A DNA stretch of 64,000 nt from Thermoanaerobaculia bacterium (GTDB lineage: Bacteria > Acidobacteriota > Thermoanaerobaculia > Multivoradales > UBA5704): contig DASQPA010000202.1 in the NCBI GenBank assembly GCA_035644215.1, positions 4,162 through 68,161 on the forward strand, in the 5' to 3' direction. Made by a program: the position numbers and the translations under genes. Shown piece after piece: positions 45,058-54,364 of this stretch (positions are counted from its first letter, which is position 1; every line of letters starts with the position of its first letter). The notes under the pieces are model-generated. The model worked only from the letters and a program-made list of their open reading frames with translations. It ran no database searches and had not been told where the DNA came from.

Positions 45058-47283
45058 CTAGTTCCGCGCTTCCGCGATGTCCCCGCCGTTCATCCGGCGG
45101 TCCACCCGGAGCACCCCGGTGAGGGAGCGGACGTTGCGCATCAGGCGCTCCAGGTGCTTCCTGTCGCGCAGGCCGCAGACGACGCTGATCGTGGCGTGGC
45201 CGGTCTCCCGGGTGATCGCCTCGATGTGGCTGATGTTGCTGTCGAGCTTGGCGATCACCTCGGTCAGGCGGGCGAGCATCCCCTGGGTGTTCTCCGTCTC
45301 GACGAGGAGCGAGACCTGGTAGACGTCGTTCTTCTGCTTCGCCCACTCGACCTCGACCTCGCGCTCCGGGTTGTAGAGCAGGTTCTTGACGTTCGGGCAG
45401 TCGATCGAGTGGACCGACACCCCCCGGCCCCGGGTGATGTAGCCCACGATGTCCTCGCCGGGCAGCGGGTTGCAGCACTTGGCGAGGTAGGAGAGGAGGT
45501 CGCCGTGCCCCTTGACCGCGATCGGCCCCTCCTTGAAGGGGAGAATCTTCGACACCGCCTGGCGCAGCCGGCCGGGCGGCGACGCCTCCTGGAGCTTTTC
45601 CTCCCCCAGGGCACGGGCCAGCACGTTCTTGACCTCGATCTTGCCGAAGCCGATCCGCGACAGGAGGTCCTCGCTCTTGGCGATCCCCTCCGCCGCCAGG
45701 TACTCCACCATCCCCGGGCTCTCCAGCACCTTCCGGGGGCTCAGGTTGTAGCGCCTTACCTCCTTCTCGTAGAGCCGCCGCCCGATCTCCATCGCCCGCT
45801 GCTTCTGCTGGGTGTTCAGCCACTGGCGGATCTTCGACTTGGCGCGCGGCGTCTTGACGTAGGTCAGCCAGTCGCGGCTCGGGTTCCGGGTGGGGCTCAC
45901 CAGCACCTCGACCATGTCGCCGTTCGAGAGCGCCGTGCGCAGGGGCACCAGCTTGCCGTTGACCCGCGCCCCGGCGCAGTGGTGGCCGAGGTCGGTGTGG
46001 ACCTTGTAGGCGTAGTCGAGCGGCGTCGCCCCGCGCGGGAAGGAGAAGACCTCCCCCTTGGGAGTGAAGACGTAGACCTCGTCCGGATAGAGGTCCATCT
46101 TGAGCGTGGTGAGGAAAGTGCGCGGGTCCTGCACTTCCTTCTGCCACTCCAGGAGCTGGCGCAGCCAGAGGATGTTGGGATCGGTGGGGCGCGGCTCGAC
46201 CTTCCCCTCCTTGTAGCGCCAGTGGGCGGCGATCCCCTCCTCGGCGATCAAGTCCATCTCGCGGGTGCGGATCTGCACCTCGAAGGGTTGCCCCTTCTCC
46301 CCCACCACCGTCGTGTGCAACGACTGGTAGAGGTTGGGCTTGGGCATCGCGATGTAGTCCTTGAAATGCCCGGGAATCGGCCGCCAGCTCTGGTGGACGA
46401 CGCCCAGGGACGCGTAGGTGTCCCGGATGCTCCCGGTGACGATGCGGAAGGCCAGGTAGTCGTAGAGCTGCGAGATGTCGATCCCCTGCCGGCGCAGCTT
46501 CTCATAGATCGAGAAATAGCGCTTCACCCGGAAACTGATCTCGGCTTCGATCCCCGCCGATTCGAGGCTCTTGACCATGCGGTCGTGGATACGCTCCATC
46601 GCCTCCTGGCCGAGCTTCATCTTCTCCGCCACCTTCGAGTGCAGCTCGGCGAACTGGTGCGGGTAGAGGTGGTAGAAGGCGAGGTCTTCGAGGTCGCCCT
46701 TCACCCGCGCCATCCCCAGGCGGTGGGCGATCGGCGAGTAGATCTCCAGGGTCTCGCGCGAGATGCGGCGCCGCGAGTCGACCGGCAGGTGCTCCAGAGT
46801 CTGCATGTTGTGCATGCGGTCGGCGAGCTTGACGACGATCACCCGGATGTCCTTCGCCGAGGCGAGGATCATCTTGCGGAAGGTCTCGGCCTGCACCTCG
46901 TCGCGCCGCACGTACTCGTGGCGGCCGATCTTGGTCACCCCGTCGACCAGCTCGGTGATCTCGGGGCCGAAGGTCGACTCCAGCACCTCCCGCGTCGTCA
47001 GGGTGTCCTCCAGCACGTCGTGGAGGAGGCCGACGGCGACGCAGGTCTGGTCGAAGTTCAGCTCGGCCAGGATGAAGGCGACGTGCAGGGGGTGGATGAG
47101 GAACGGCTCCCCCGAGCGGCGCACCTGGTCCTGGTGCATGCGGGCCGAGAAGTCGTAGATCGCGGAGAGAAAGTCGCGGTCGACCTTGCGGCCATGCGCC
47201 GCCAGGCAGGCGAGGAGGTCCTCGAAGCGCAGGGTGGACCGCGCCGGAACCGGTGGTGTGAGGTTCTGTCTCAACCCTGGCAT
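45058..47283 (-). CDS. spoT: bifunctional (p)ppGpp synthetase/hydrolase, RelA/SpoT family
   Basis: HD domain (GEPFLIHPLHVA...LLHDVLEDT), synthetase domain (YQSLHTTV...FEVQIRT), TGS (VFTPKGEV...GATPLDYAY) and a C-terminal ACT-like region. The start is taken at MPGLRQN (47283); alternatives lie upstream. Confidence 0.92.
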   Translation of the reverse strand: MPGLRQNLTPPVPARSTLRFEDLLACLAAHGRKVDRDFLSAIYDFSARMHQDQVRRSGEPFLIHPLHVAFILAELNFDQTCVAVGLLHDVLEDTLTTREVLESTFGPEITELVDGVTKIGRHEYVRRDEVQAETFRKMILASAKDIRVIVVKLADRMHNMQTLEHLPVDSRRRISRETLEIYSPIAHRLGMARVKGDLEDLAFYHLYPHQFAELHSKVAEKMKLGQEAMERIHDRMVKSLESAGIEAEISFRVKRYFSIYEKLRRQGIDISQLYDYLAFRIVTGSIRDTYASLGVVHQSWRPIPGHFKDYIAMPKPNLYQSLHTTVVGEKGQPFEVQIRTREMDLIAEEGIAAHWRYKEGKVEPRPTDPNILWLRQLLEWQKEVQDPRTFLTTLKMDLYPDEVYVFTPKGEVFSFPRGATPLDYAYKVHTDLGHHCAGARVNGKLVPLRTALSNGDMVEVLVSPTRNPSRDWLTYVKTPRAKSKIRQWLNTQQKQRAMEIGRRLYEKEVRRYNLSPRKVLESPGMVEYLAAEGIAKSEDLLSRIGFGKIEVKNVLARALGEEKLQEASPPGRLRQAVSKILPFKEGPIAVKGHGDLLSYLAKCCNPLPGEDIVGYITRGRGVSVHSIDCPNVKNLLYNPEREVEVEWAKQKNDVYQVSLLVETENTQGMLARLTEVIAKLDSNISHIEAITRETGHATISVVCGLRDRKHLERLMRNVRSLTGVLRVDRRMNGGDIAEARN

Positions 47284-47422
47284 GGAGGACAAGCCCGACG
47301 GAACGGGCGACAGGCTCGTTGAAGTGAACAAGTATACGGGAGGGTTCGTTCCCATGGCAAAGACGGCGACGCCCGGCACCAGGCCGGGCGTCGACGGGAG
47401 CTGCGGGAGCGGGCGGACCGGA

Positions 47423-50266
47423 TCAGCGCCGGCGGCTCGCCACCCGGGTGGGACGGTTGGGCTGGGCCGGCCGCGGCGCCTCGCCCTTGGGCGAAGCGGT
47501 GACCGGCTGCGGCCCCTTGGCGGGAGGAGCGCCCTTGCGCAGGCGACCCTCGCCGCCGAAGAGCTGCTCCCAGAGGAGCGCGAAGGGGCTCGCCACGTAG
47601 ATCGACGAGTAGGTCCCGACGACGATGCCGACAGTCATGACGAAGGCGAAGCCGCGCAGCACGTCGCCGCCCCAGACGAGGAGGGCGAGGACGGTCAGCA
47701 TGGTGAGGCCGGAGGTCATGACGGTCCGCGACAGGGTCTGGTTGATCGACTCGTTCATGATCTCGATCAACGGTTTACGCCGGTTCTTCCGCATGTTCTC
47801 GCGCATGCGGTCGAAGATGACCACCGTGTCGTTCACCGAGTAGCCGACCAGGGTGAGGAACGCCGCGATGGTCGTCAGGTTGAACTCGAAGCCCAGCAGG
47901 GTGAAGAGCCCGAGCGTCACCAGCACGTCGTGGATACAGGCCATGATGGCGCCGATCCCGAAGCGCATCTCGAACCGGAAGCCGATGTAGAGCAGCATGC
48001 CGAGGAGCGAGCAGAGGACCGCGAGGAGGCCCTGGCGCGACAGCTCCTTGCCGATCTGCGGGCCGACGGTCTCCACCCCGATGACCGAGAAGTCGCCCAG
48101 AACCGTGCGCGCCTTCAGGGCCTCGACCGCCGCCGGGCTCACCCCCTTGATGCCGGCGAGCTGGTCCCAGGAGCTGAAAAGCCCGTCCTTCTTGCGCTCG
48201 CCCAGGAGCGTGTTGGTGATCTGGGTGTAGTGGAGGTTGGCCGCCTCCGGCCCCTGCGCCACGAAGTGGTCGGGGTCGGCCTGGAGCAGGAGCTGCGCCA
48301 CCTGCTCGGCCGCCGCCTGGTTGAGGTCGGGTTTGCCGGCTTGCCCGCGGTTGAAAGCTTGGTTGAAGGCGCCATAGATGCGTTCGCGGTTCCCGGCCTC
48401 GTTCTGGGTTGCCGCCGTCTTGATGATGACCTCATTGCTGTTCTTGTCGCCGTAACGCTGGATCGAGGCCTGGCCCAATCCCTGGGTCTCCAGGATGCGG
48501 CGCAGCTGGTCGATCTGCGGCTTCTCCTTGAAGCGCAGCTCCATCTGGGTGCCGCCGGCGAAGTCGATGCCTAAGTTCAGGTGCTTACTCTCCAGGCCGA
48601 AGACGGCGGCGACGCCGCCCGCCACGAGGAGAGCCGAGACCACGATCCAGAACTTCCGCCACTTCATGAAGTCGAAGTTGGTGTCCAGGAAGAGGCGGGT
48701 CATGGTCAGGTTGTGCACCCAGCGGCGCGACAGCCAGAAGTCGAAGATGAAGCGGCTGACGAAGACGGCGGTGAAGAGCGACGCCGAGAGACCGATGATC
48801 AGGGTGACGGCGAAGCCCTTGACCGGACCGGTGCCGAACTGGAAGAGGAAGAGGGCCGAGACGATCGTCGTCACGTGGGTGTCGATGATCGAGCTGAAGG
48901 CCCGCTCGAACCCCAGGTCGATGGCCGAGCGGAGGGTCCTCCCCGCCCGCATCTCTTCCCGTATCCGCTCGAAGACCAGGACGTTGGCGTCGACCGCCAT
49001 GCCGATCGTCAGGATGATGCCGGCGATGCCGGGAAGGGTGAGGGTCGAGTGGAGCGCCCCCATGCCGCCGAAGACGATGAGGATGTTCAGGATCAGCGCC
49101 AGCACGGCGTTGACCCCCGAGAGGTGGTAGATGAGGAGCATGGTCAGGATGACCAGCGAGGTGCCGATGATGCCGGCCTTCAGGCCCTGCTGGATCGAGT
49201 CGCGGCCGAGCGAGGGCCCGACCGTCCGCTCCTCCAGCCAGCTGAGGCTGGCCGGCAGGGCGCCCGAGCGCAGGACGGTCGAGAGATCCTGCACCTCGGT
49301 CGCCGTGAAGTGCCCCTCGATCACCCCGGAGTCGCTGATCTTCGACTTGATGACCGGCGCCGTGACCACCCGCCCGTCGAGGACGATGGCGAGGCCGGTG
49401 CCGACGTTCGCCGCGGTGGCGTTGCCGAACAGCTCCGAGCCGGCGCCGGTCATGCTGAACTGCACCACCGGCTCCTGGAACTGCCCCTGGCTGGGCCGCG
49501 CGTCCTTGAGCTCGCGGCCGGTCATCACCCGGTGCTTGTCGACCGCCCAGTACTGCTTGCCGACGACGTTCTGGTGCTCGTCGCGCACGTCGCCGTCCAG
49601 GATCTCGACGTCGGGCGGCAGGTGGCCGCCGAGGGCGTCGACGACCGCCTGGCGGGTGGTCAGGCCGTTGCCGCCGGACTTCGGCACCCGGGTCAGACGG
49701 AATTCCAGGAGGGCGGTGTTCTTGATCAGCCGGCGCACCCGCTCGGGGTCGTCGACGCCGGGGAGCTGGATGACGATGCGGTTGCCCGAGGCCTCCTGGA
49801 TCACCGGCTCGGTGACGCCGAACTGGTTGACCCGGTTGTCGATCGTCGTCTTCGCCTGGGTGACGGCGAGCCGCTCGTTGCGGCTGACCGCGGCGGGACC
49901 CATCTCGTAGACCAGGCCAGGCGCGCCCTGGCGCCGCTGGTAGTCCTTGTAGGAGTCCTCGATGAGCTTGGTGACCTGGTCGCGGTTGGCGTCGGTCGCG
50001 CCGGCGACCTCGAAGGCGGTGTCGCCGAGGCGACGCGCGGTGATGCCGGGGAGGCTCTTGTCCTGGGCCAGCCGGGGCAGCCGGTCGATGTCGTTGTCGA
50101 CCGTGGCGCGCAGCGCCTCCTGGGTGTGGACCTGGAGGACGAGGTGCATGCCTCCCTGGAGGTCGAGACCCAGGTTGATCTTGTCCTTGGGCGGGTAGGC
50201 GAGGGCGATGGCGGCGAGGACCACCGTCAGGATGAGAATGCCCCGCCCGAGCAGCTTGCGTTTCAT
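47423..50266 (-). CDS. secDF: protein translocase subunit SecDF (fused)
   Basis: SecD N terminus (LGLDLQGGMHLVLQV), SecD TM block, then SecF (FMKWRKFW..., GIDFAGGT...) and a second TM block, all in one ORF. The ATG overlaps the yajC stop (ATGA). Confidence 0.93.
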   Translation of the reverse strand: MKRKLLGRGILILTVVLAAIALAYPPKDKINLGLDLQGGMHLVLQVHTQEALRATVDNDIDRLPRLAQDKSLPGITARRLGDTAFEVAGATDANRDQVTKLIEDSYKDYQRRQGAPGLVYEMGPAAVSRNERLAVTQAKTTIDNRVNQFGVTEPVIQEASGNRIVIQLPGVDDPERVRRLIKNTALLEFRLTRVPKSGGNGLTTRQAVVDALGGHLPPDVEILDGDVRDEHQNVVGKQYWAVDKHRVMTGRELKDARPSQGQFQEPVVQFSMTGAGSELFGNATAANVGTGLAIVLDGRVVTAPVIKSKISDSGVIEGHFTATEVQDLSTVLRSGALPASLSWLEERTVGPSLGRDSIQQGLKAGIIGTSLVILTMLLIYHLSGVNAVLALILNILIVFGGMGALHSTLTLPGIAGIILTIGMAVDANVLVFERIREEMRAGRTLRSAIDLGFERAFSSIIDTHVTTIVSALFLFQFGTGPVKGFAVTLIIGLSASLFTAVFVSRFIFDFWLSRRWVHNLTMTRLFLDTNFDFMKWRKFWIVVSALLVAGGVAAVFGLESKHLNLGIDFAGGTQMELRFKEKPQIDQLRRILETQGLGQASIQRYGDKNSNEVIIKTAATQNEAGNRERIYGAFNQAFNRGQAGKPDLNQAAAEQVAQLLLQADPDHFVAQGPEAANLHYTQITNTLLGERKKDGLFSSWDQLAGIKGVSPAAVEALKARTVLGDFSVIGVETVGPQIGKELSRQGLLAVLCSLLGMLLYIGFRFEMRFGIGAIMACIHDVLVTLGLFTLLGFEFNLTTIAAFLTLVGYSVNDTVVIFDRMRENMRKNRRKPLIEIMNESINQTLSRTVMTSGLTMLTVLALLVWGGDVLRGFAFVMTVGIVVGTYSSIYVASPFALLWEQLFGGEGRLRKGAPPAKGPQPVTASPKGEAPRPAQPNRPTRVASRRR

Positions 50267-50619
50267 GGTTTACCCCCTGTGTTGCCGTCCCCCTCGAGGC
50301 CGGCGATCGCCGATTTGGCGACTCGGAGCTTCACGTTGTCGGCGACCTTGAGCACGACGACCGCGGTGTCGATCGCGACGACCTCGCCGTAGAGGCCGCC
50401 CGTGGTGACCACCCGGTCCCCCTTCTTGACGTTGTCGATGAGCGACTGGAGATTCTTCTGCCGTTTGCGCATGGGCACGACGAGCAGGAAGTAGAAGATG
50501 GCGAAGATGGCGACCATCGGCACCATGCCCAGCCACGGGCTCTGGGAGGCCGTCCCACCCCCGCCGGCCTGGAAGGCCACGGGCGCAGGTAGGGATAGGA
50601 AAAAGGGAATCAAACTCAT
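50263..50619 (-). CDS. yajC: preprotein translocase subunit YajC
   Basis: FYFLLVVPMRKRQK...KGDRVVTTGGLYGEVVAI is the YajC signature. It has the conserved tgt-yajC-secDF position. Confidence 0.85.
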   Translation of the reverse strand: MSLIPFFLSLPAPVAFQAGGGGTASQSPWLGMVPMVAIFAIFYFLLVVPMRKRQKNLQSLIDNVKKGDRVVTTGGLYGEVVAIDTAVVVLKVADNVKLRVAKSAIAGLEGDGNTGGKP

Positions 50620-50656
50620 CTGTACCCCCGCCAGTCCGGCCTGGCTTCACGAGCTC

Positions 50657-51793
50657 TCAAGCTCTACGTTCCTCTTGGGGATTGAAACGGGTGGCCTGTC
50701 GTGCTGCCAGTTCCGTTAGCGTATCGAGCACTATAGACTGCCGGACCTCGGCCATGAAGTCAAGGTAGAAGCGCAGGTTGTGGAGGGTGGCGAGGACCTT
50801 GGCGGTCAGCTCCCCCGCGCGCTCCAGGTGGTGGAGGAAGGCGCGAGAGAGGCGGGAGCAGAGCGGGCAGGCGCAGCCCGGGTCGACCGGCCGCGGGTCG
50901 TCCCGGTAGCGGGCATTGCGGATCTTGACGACCCCATCCCGGGTGAAGAGGACGCCGTGGCGGGCGTTGCGGGCCGGCAGCACGCAGTCGAAGAGGTCGA
51001 CCCCGCAGGCGACGGCGTGGAGGATGTCCGCCGGATAGCCCACCCCCATGAGGTAGCGCGGCCGGTCGGCCGGGAGCGCCGGGGCGGTCCACTCGACGGC
51101 CGCCCGCCGCAGCTCCGACGGCTCGCCCACCGAGACCCCGCCGATGGCGTGGCCGTCGAAGCCCTCCCCGGCGAGGTCGGCGGCGGCCTGGAGACGGAGG
51201 TCCTGGTAGCCGCTCCCCTGGACGATGCCGAAGAGAGCCATGCCGCCGATACCGCCCGTACGACGCGACGCGGCGCGGGCGCGGAGAGCCCAGCGCCGGG
51301 TCCGCTCCCAGGCGGCGGCCGCCGCCTCGTGGGTCACCGGGTAAGGCGGGCACTCGTCGAGGACCATGGCGACGTCGACCCCCATCCGCTCCTGCATGGC
51401 GACCACGCTCTCCGGGGTGAAACGGGCGGGCGAGCCGTCCAGGTGGCTCTTGAAGGTCACCCCGTCGTCGTCGATCGCCCGCAGCCCCCCCAGGCTCCAG
51501 ACCTGGAAGCCGCCGCTGTCGGTCAGGATCGGGCGCTCCCAGCCGGCGAAGCGGTGGAGCCCGCCGAGCGTCTCGACGACGTCGATGCCCGGCCGCAGGG
51601 AGAGGTGGTAGAGATTCGAAAGGAGGATCGACGCGCCGGCCGCCTCCAGCTCCTGCGGGGTCACCCCCTTGACCGCCCCCAGCGTCCCCACCGGCATGAA
51701 GGCCGGGGTCTCAACGATCCCGTGGGCGGTGGTGAGGCGGCCACGCCGGGCGGCGCCGGAGGTCGCGACGATCTCGAACGAGAGGGCCTTCAG
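50657..51793 (-). CDS. tgt: tRNA-guanine transglycosylase (queuine tRNA-ribosyltransferase)
   Basis: SFEIVATSGAARRGRLTTAHGIVETPAFMPVGT...LSNLYHL...TDSGGFQV...CxCxxC zinc site (CACPLCSR). I saw no ATG, GTG or TTG immediately upstream of the conserved N terminus. The best candidate start is a CTG at 51793 overlapping the upstream stop (CTGA), giving 378 aa. Confidence 0.88.
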   Translation of the reverse strand: MKALSFEIVATSGAARRGRLTTAHGIVETPAFMPVGTLGAVKGVTPQELEAAGASILLSNLYHLSLRPGIDVVETLGGLHRFAGWERPILTDSGGFQVWSLGGLRAIDDDGVTFKSHLDGSPARFTPESVVAMQERMGVDVAMVLDECPPYPVTHEAAAAAWERTRRWALRARAASRRTGGIGGMALFGIVQGSGYQDLRLQAAADLAGEGFDGHAIGGVSVGEPSELRRAAVEWTAPALPADRPRYLMGVGYPADILHAVACGVDLFDCVLPARNARHGVLFTRDGVVKIRNARYRDDPRPVDPGCACPLCSRLSRAFLHHLERAGELTAKVLATLHNLRFYLDFMAEVRQSIVLDTLTELAARQATRFNPQEERRA

Positions 51794-52554
51794 CGCCCGG
51801 AGCCCTTCGCCTTGTCCTTCGCGTCGGCCTTCTGGTCGAGGTCGATCACCCGGGTCTCGACGCCCTGGGGGATCTTGAGCACGAAGCGGTCGGCCGGGAT
51901 CTGGGCGTTGATCTTCAAATCCTTGAACTGGTACTCCGTGACGTCGCCATCCCCTTCGACGTAGCGCAAGCGCGACGGAAAGAAGGTCTTCGGATCGATC
52001 CACAGGGTCATCGCCTGCACCCGCTTGGCGACGCGCGCGAACTTGGGGACCAGGTCGAGCTGGTAGGGGTCGCTCGTCTTGTCCGGCACCTTCAGGGTAA
52101 TCTTGAAGTACTCGAGGAGGGTCTGCGTCGAGCCGGTCGCTCCCATGTACTTCATCACCTGGTTCGAGTAGCGGCCGATCTTCAGCCGCTCGGCCCGCTT
52201 CAAGTCCCGGTACCAGGTGGTCATCTCGCTGCCGTCGATCACCACCGAGATGGGGTTGGGCGAGGTGTATTCCCAGCGCACCCGGCCGGGGACGGCATAG
52301 GAGAAGGTGCCGGTCGATTGCTCGGCGGCGACCAGGAGCGAGCTCTCGCGGTTCTGGACGAAGCGGGCCTCCAGGGTCTTCACCCCCTGCTGCTCGATCC
52401 GCACCCGCTCCATCAGGGCCTCCAGCCGCTGGGTGCCGGAGAGGCCCGGGGCGCGCGGATCGGGCTTCTCGGCCGGCTTCGCGGCCTGCACGGCCGGAGA
52501 AAGGGACAAGAGGAGCAGAAGAGCGAGGCCGGAGCGCTTGAGGCGAGCGTACAT
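51790..52554 (-). CDS. LolA-like outer-membrane lipoprotein carrier protein
   Basis: Signal peptide MYARLKRSGLALLLLLSLSPAVQA. TLEARFVQ...GTFSYAVPGRVRWEY is the LolA-family N-terminal pattern. Confidence 0.72.
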   Translation of the reverse strand: MYARLKRSGLALLLLLSLSPAVQAAKPAEKPDPRAPGLSGTQRLEALMERVRIEQQGVKTLEARFVQNRESSLLVAAEQSTGTFSYAVPGRVRWEYTSPNPISVVIDGSEMTTWYRDLKRAERLKIGRYSNQVMKYMGATGSTQTLLEYFKITLKVPDKTSDPYQLDLVPKFARVAKRVQAMTLWIDPKTFFPSRLRYVEGDGDVTEYQFKDLKINAQIPADRFVLKIPQGVETRVIDLDQKADAKDKAKGSGR

Positions 52555-52642
52555 GAGAGATCCATGCTACCGTCCCAGCACCGATCACGCAAGGCGGAGG
52601 GGGCCGGAGGAGCCGGAGAGGCCGGAAATCACCCCGCGCGAG

Positions 52643-52671
52643 TTGACAGCCCCTCGGGGGGGTGCTACCTT
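52643..52671 (+). promoter_or_regulatory. possible sigma-70-type promoter for the FYDLN gene
   Basis: TTGACA (52643-52648), a 17-nt spacer, then TACCTT (52666-52671), about 50 nt upstream of the ATG at 52720. The -10 element is weak and the call is sequence-only. Confidence 0.3.
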
Positions 52672-52719
52672 CCGCCCCGCTAAAAAAGACCGGTCGCCGC
52701 CGACCGCGTAGGAGCAGCC

Positions 52720-53028
52720 ATGCCAGAGCTCAACCTGGGTACCAAATACGAGTGCTACAACTGCGGCACGAGGTTCTATGATCTCGGCAAGCCCGAGTCC
52801 CTCTGCCCCAAATGCGGCGCCAATCAGAAGGACGCCGAGCGCAACGAGAGCCCCGCGGTCAGCCAGGCGGCGCGCAAGAAGCGCAAGGCGGAGGTCGCCA
52901 AGGCCCTGGAGGTCGACGACGACGTCCCGATCGAGGACATCCCGGAAGAAGACCTGGAGGGGGCCGGCCTCGACGCCGACCTCGACGCCGGCGAAGAGGA
53001 AGAGGACCTGGACGACGAGGAGGTCTAA
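52720..53028 (+). CDS. TIGR02300-family zinc-ribbon protein (FYDLN_acid)
   Basis: [27 protein letters not shown] has CxxC...FYDL...CxxC, followed by a highly acidic tail. Confidence 0.8.
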   Translation: MPELNLGTKYECYNCGTRFYDLGKPESLCPKCGANQKDAERNESPAVSQAARKKRKAEVAKALEVDDDVPIEDIPEEDLEGAGLDADLDAGEEEEDLDDEEV

Positions 53029-53029
53029 G

Positions 53030-53554
53030 GCGGTCCCCGTCGCCCTCGGGCTGGGGGGTAACCTGGGGCTGGTCGAGGCGACGCTCGTGGCGGCGCTCGA
53101 CCGGCTCCGCGCCACCCTCGGGCCGCTCACGGTCGCGCCGCTCTACCGCAGCCTCCCCGTCTCCCCCGTCCCCCAGCCGCCCTACCTCAACACCGCCGCC
53201 CTGGCGCACACCGACATGGAGCCCGACGCCATCCTCGCCCTGGCGAAGGCCCTGGAGTGGGCCGCCGGACGGCGGCACGGCGTCCGCCTCGGGCCACGGC
53301 CGCTCGACGTCGACCTCCTGCTCTGGGGCACCCGCACCGTCACGGCGCCCGAGCTCACCCTCCCCCACCCCCGTCTCCGGGAGCGCCGCTTCGTACTGGC
53401 GCCGCTCGCCGACATCGCCCCCCACCTGCCGGTGCCACCCGGCGGCGAGACGGTCGCCGACCTCCTCGCCCGGCTCGGCCTGGATTCCGCCGGCGAAATC
53501 GAACGGCTCGACTGGACCGTGCCGCCGCCGGCCGGCACCGGCACCGGCGGCTGA
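53030..53554 (+). CDS. folK: 2-amino-4-hydroxy-6-hydroxymethyldihydropteridine diphosphokinase (HPPK); 5' boundary unresolved
   Basis: VALGLGGNLG...PLYRS.PV...QPPYLNTAA...LGPRPLDVDLLL...LTLPHPRLRERRFVLAPLADI are HPPK motifs. I found no ATG, GTG or TTG in frame within about 30 codons upstream of the conserved N terminus (see findings). Confidence 0.78.
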   Translation, partial: AVPVALGLGGNLGLVEATLVAALDRLRATLGPLTVAPLYRSLPVSPVPQPPYLNTAALAHTDMEPDAILALAKALEWAAGRRHGVRLGPRPLDVDLLLWGTRTVTAPELTLPHPRLRERRFVLAPLADIAPHLPVPPGGETVADLLARLGLDSAGEIERLDWTVPPPAGTGTGG

Positions 53555-53566
53555 AGGGAGAGACCG

Positions 53567-54334
53567 ATGGGGGGCCTGCTGCTCGCTCTGATCCTGCTCG
53601 CCTGGGGCGCCCAGGCGGTCGCCCCCTGGCGCCTGCGCCGCGGGGACACCCCCGAGAACCCGGCCGCTCGCCGGCTCTGGGGGCATGCCGCCCTGCCGCT
53701 CCTCCTGGCCGGCGCCCTGGCCGCTCTCCTCTACGTGCACGACCGGCCCGACGCGGCGCTGGGCTCCGGCCTGACGCCCATCCTCGTCACCCTGCCGGGG
53801 CGCCTGCTCGTCCTCCTCTTCGCCGCGCTCCTCCTGGCCGACCTGATCCTCGCCCTCGGCAAGAGCCGGATCGAGACCCTGGGCTGGCCGCTCGCCGCCG
53901 TCTTGAGCCTCTTCTTCCTCGCCGCGGCCTCCCTCGCCGGGGAGCTCCTGCGGGTGGGCGAGAACGAGCGCGGCCCGCTCCCCCTGCTTTTCGCCGCCGC
54001 GGGCTGCCGGCTCCTCCTCACCCTGGCCGCCGGCGAGGGTCTGGCCCCCGGGCGGCCGCTCCTCGCCCTCCTGGGCGGCCTCGCTCTCCCGCTCTACTTC
54101 CTCTGTCTCCCGCGGCTGCTCCAGGCCAGGCTCGCCGCCGGTGGCGAAGGGATCACCCTGGCCGCCGCCGCCCTCCTCCTCCTCCTCGCGCGCTGGCTCC
54201 CCGCCTCTCTGCGGCGGGCCACCCTCCTCGCCGGAGTGCTCCTCGCCGCCTTCGTGCTCTCCCGGGCCGGAGACCTCGGGCAGAGCCTCCCCGTGCCGCC
54301 GCTCCCCCCCATGCCGCCGCTGCCCGGACGGTAG
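53567..54334 (+). CDS. hypothetical polytopic membrane protein
   Basis: The ATG is preceded by GGGAGAG. There are several Leu/Ala-rich hydrophobic segments, and the ORF fills the folK-regulator gap. No family was recognised. Confidence 0.5.
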   Translation: MGGLLLALILLAWGAQAVAPWRLRRGDTPENPAARRLWGHAALPLLLAGALAALLYVHDRPDAALGSGLTPILVTLPGRLLVLLFAALLLADLILALGKSRIETLGWPLAAVLSLFFLAAASLAGELLRVGENERGPLPLLFAAAGCRLLLTLAAGEGLAPGRPLLALLGGLALPLYFLCLPRLLQARLAAGGEGITLAAAALLLLLARWLPASLRRATLLAGVLLAAFVLSRAGDLGQSLPVPPLPPMPPLPGR

Positions 54335-54364
54335 ATCGCCGTAAGATCGCCTAAGATCGCCGGC

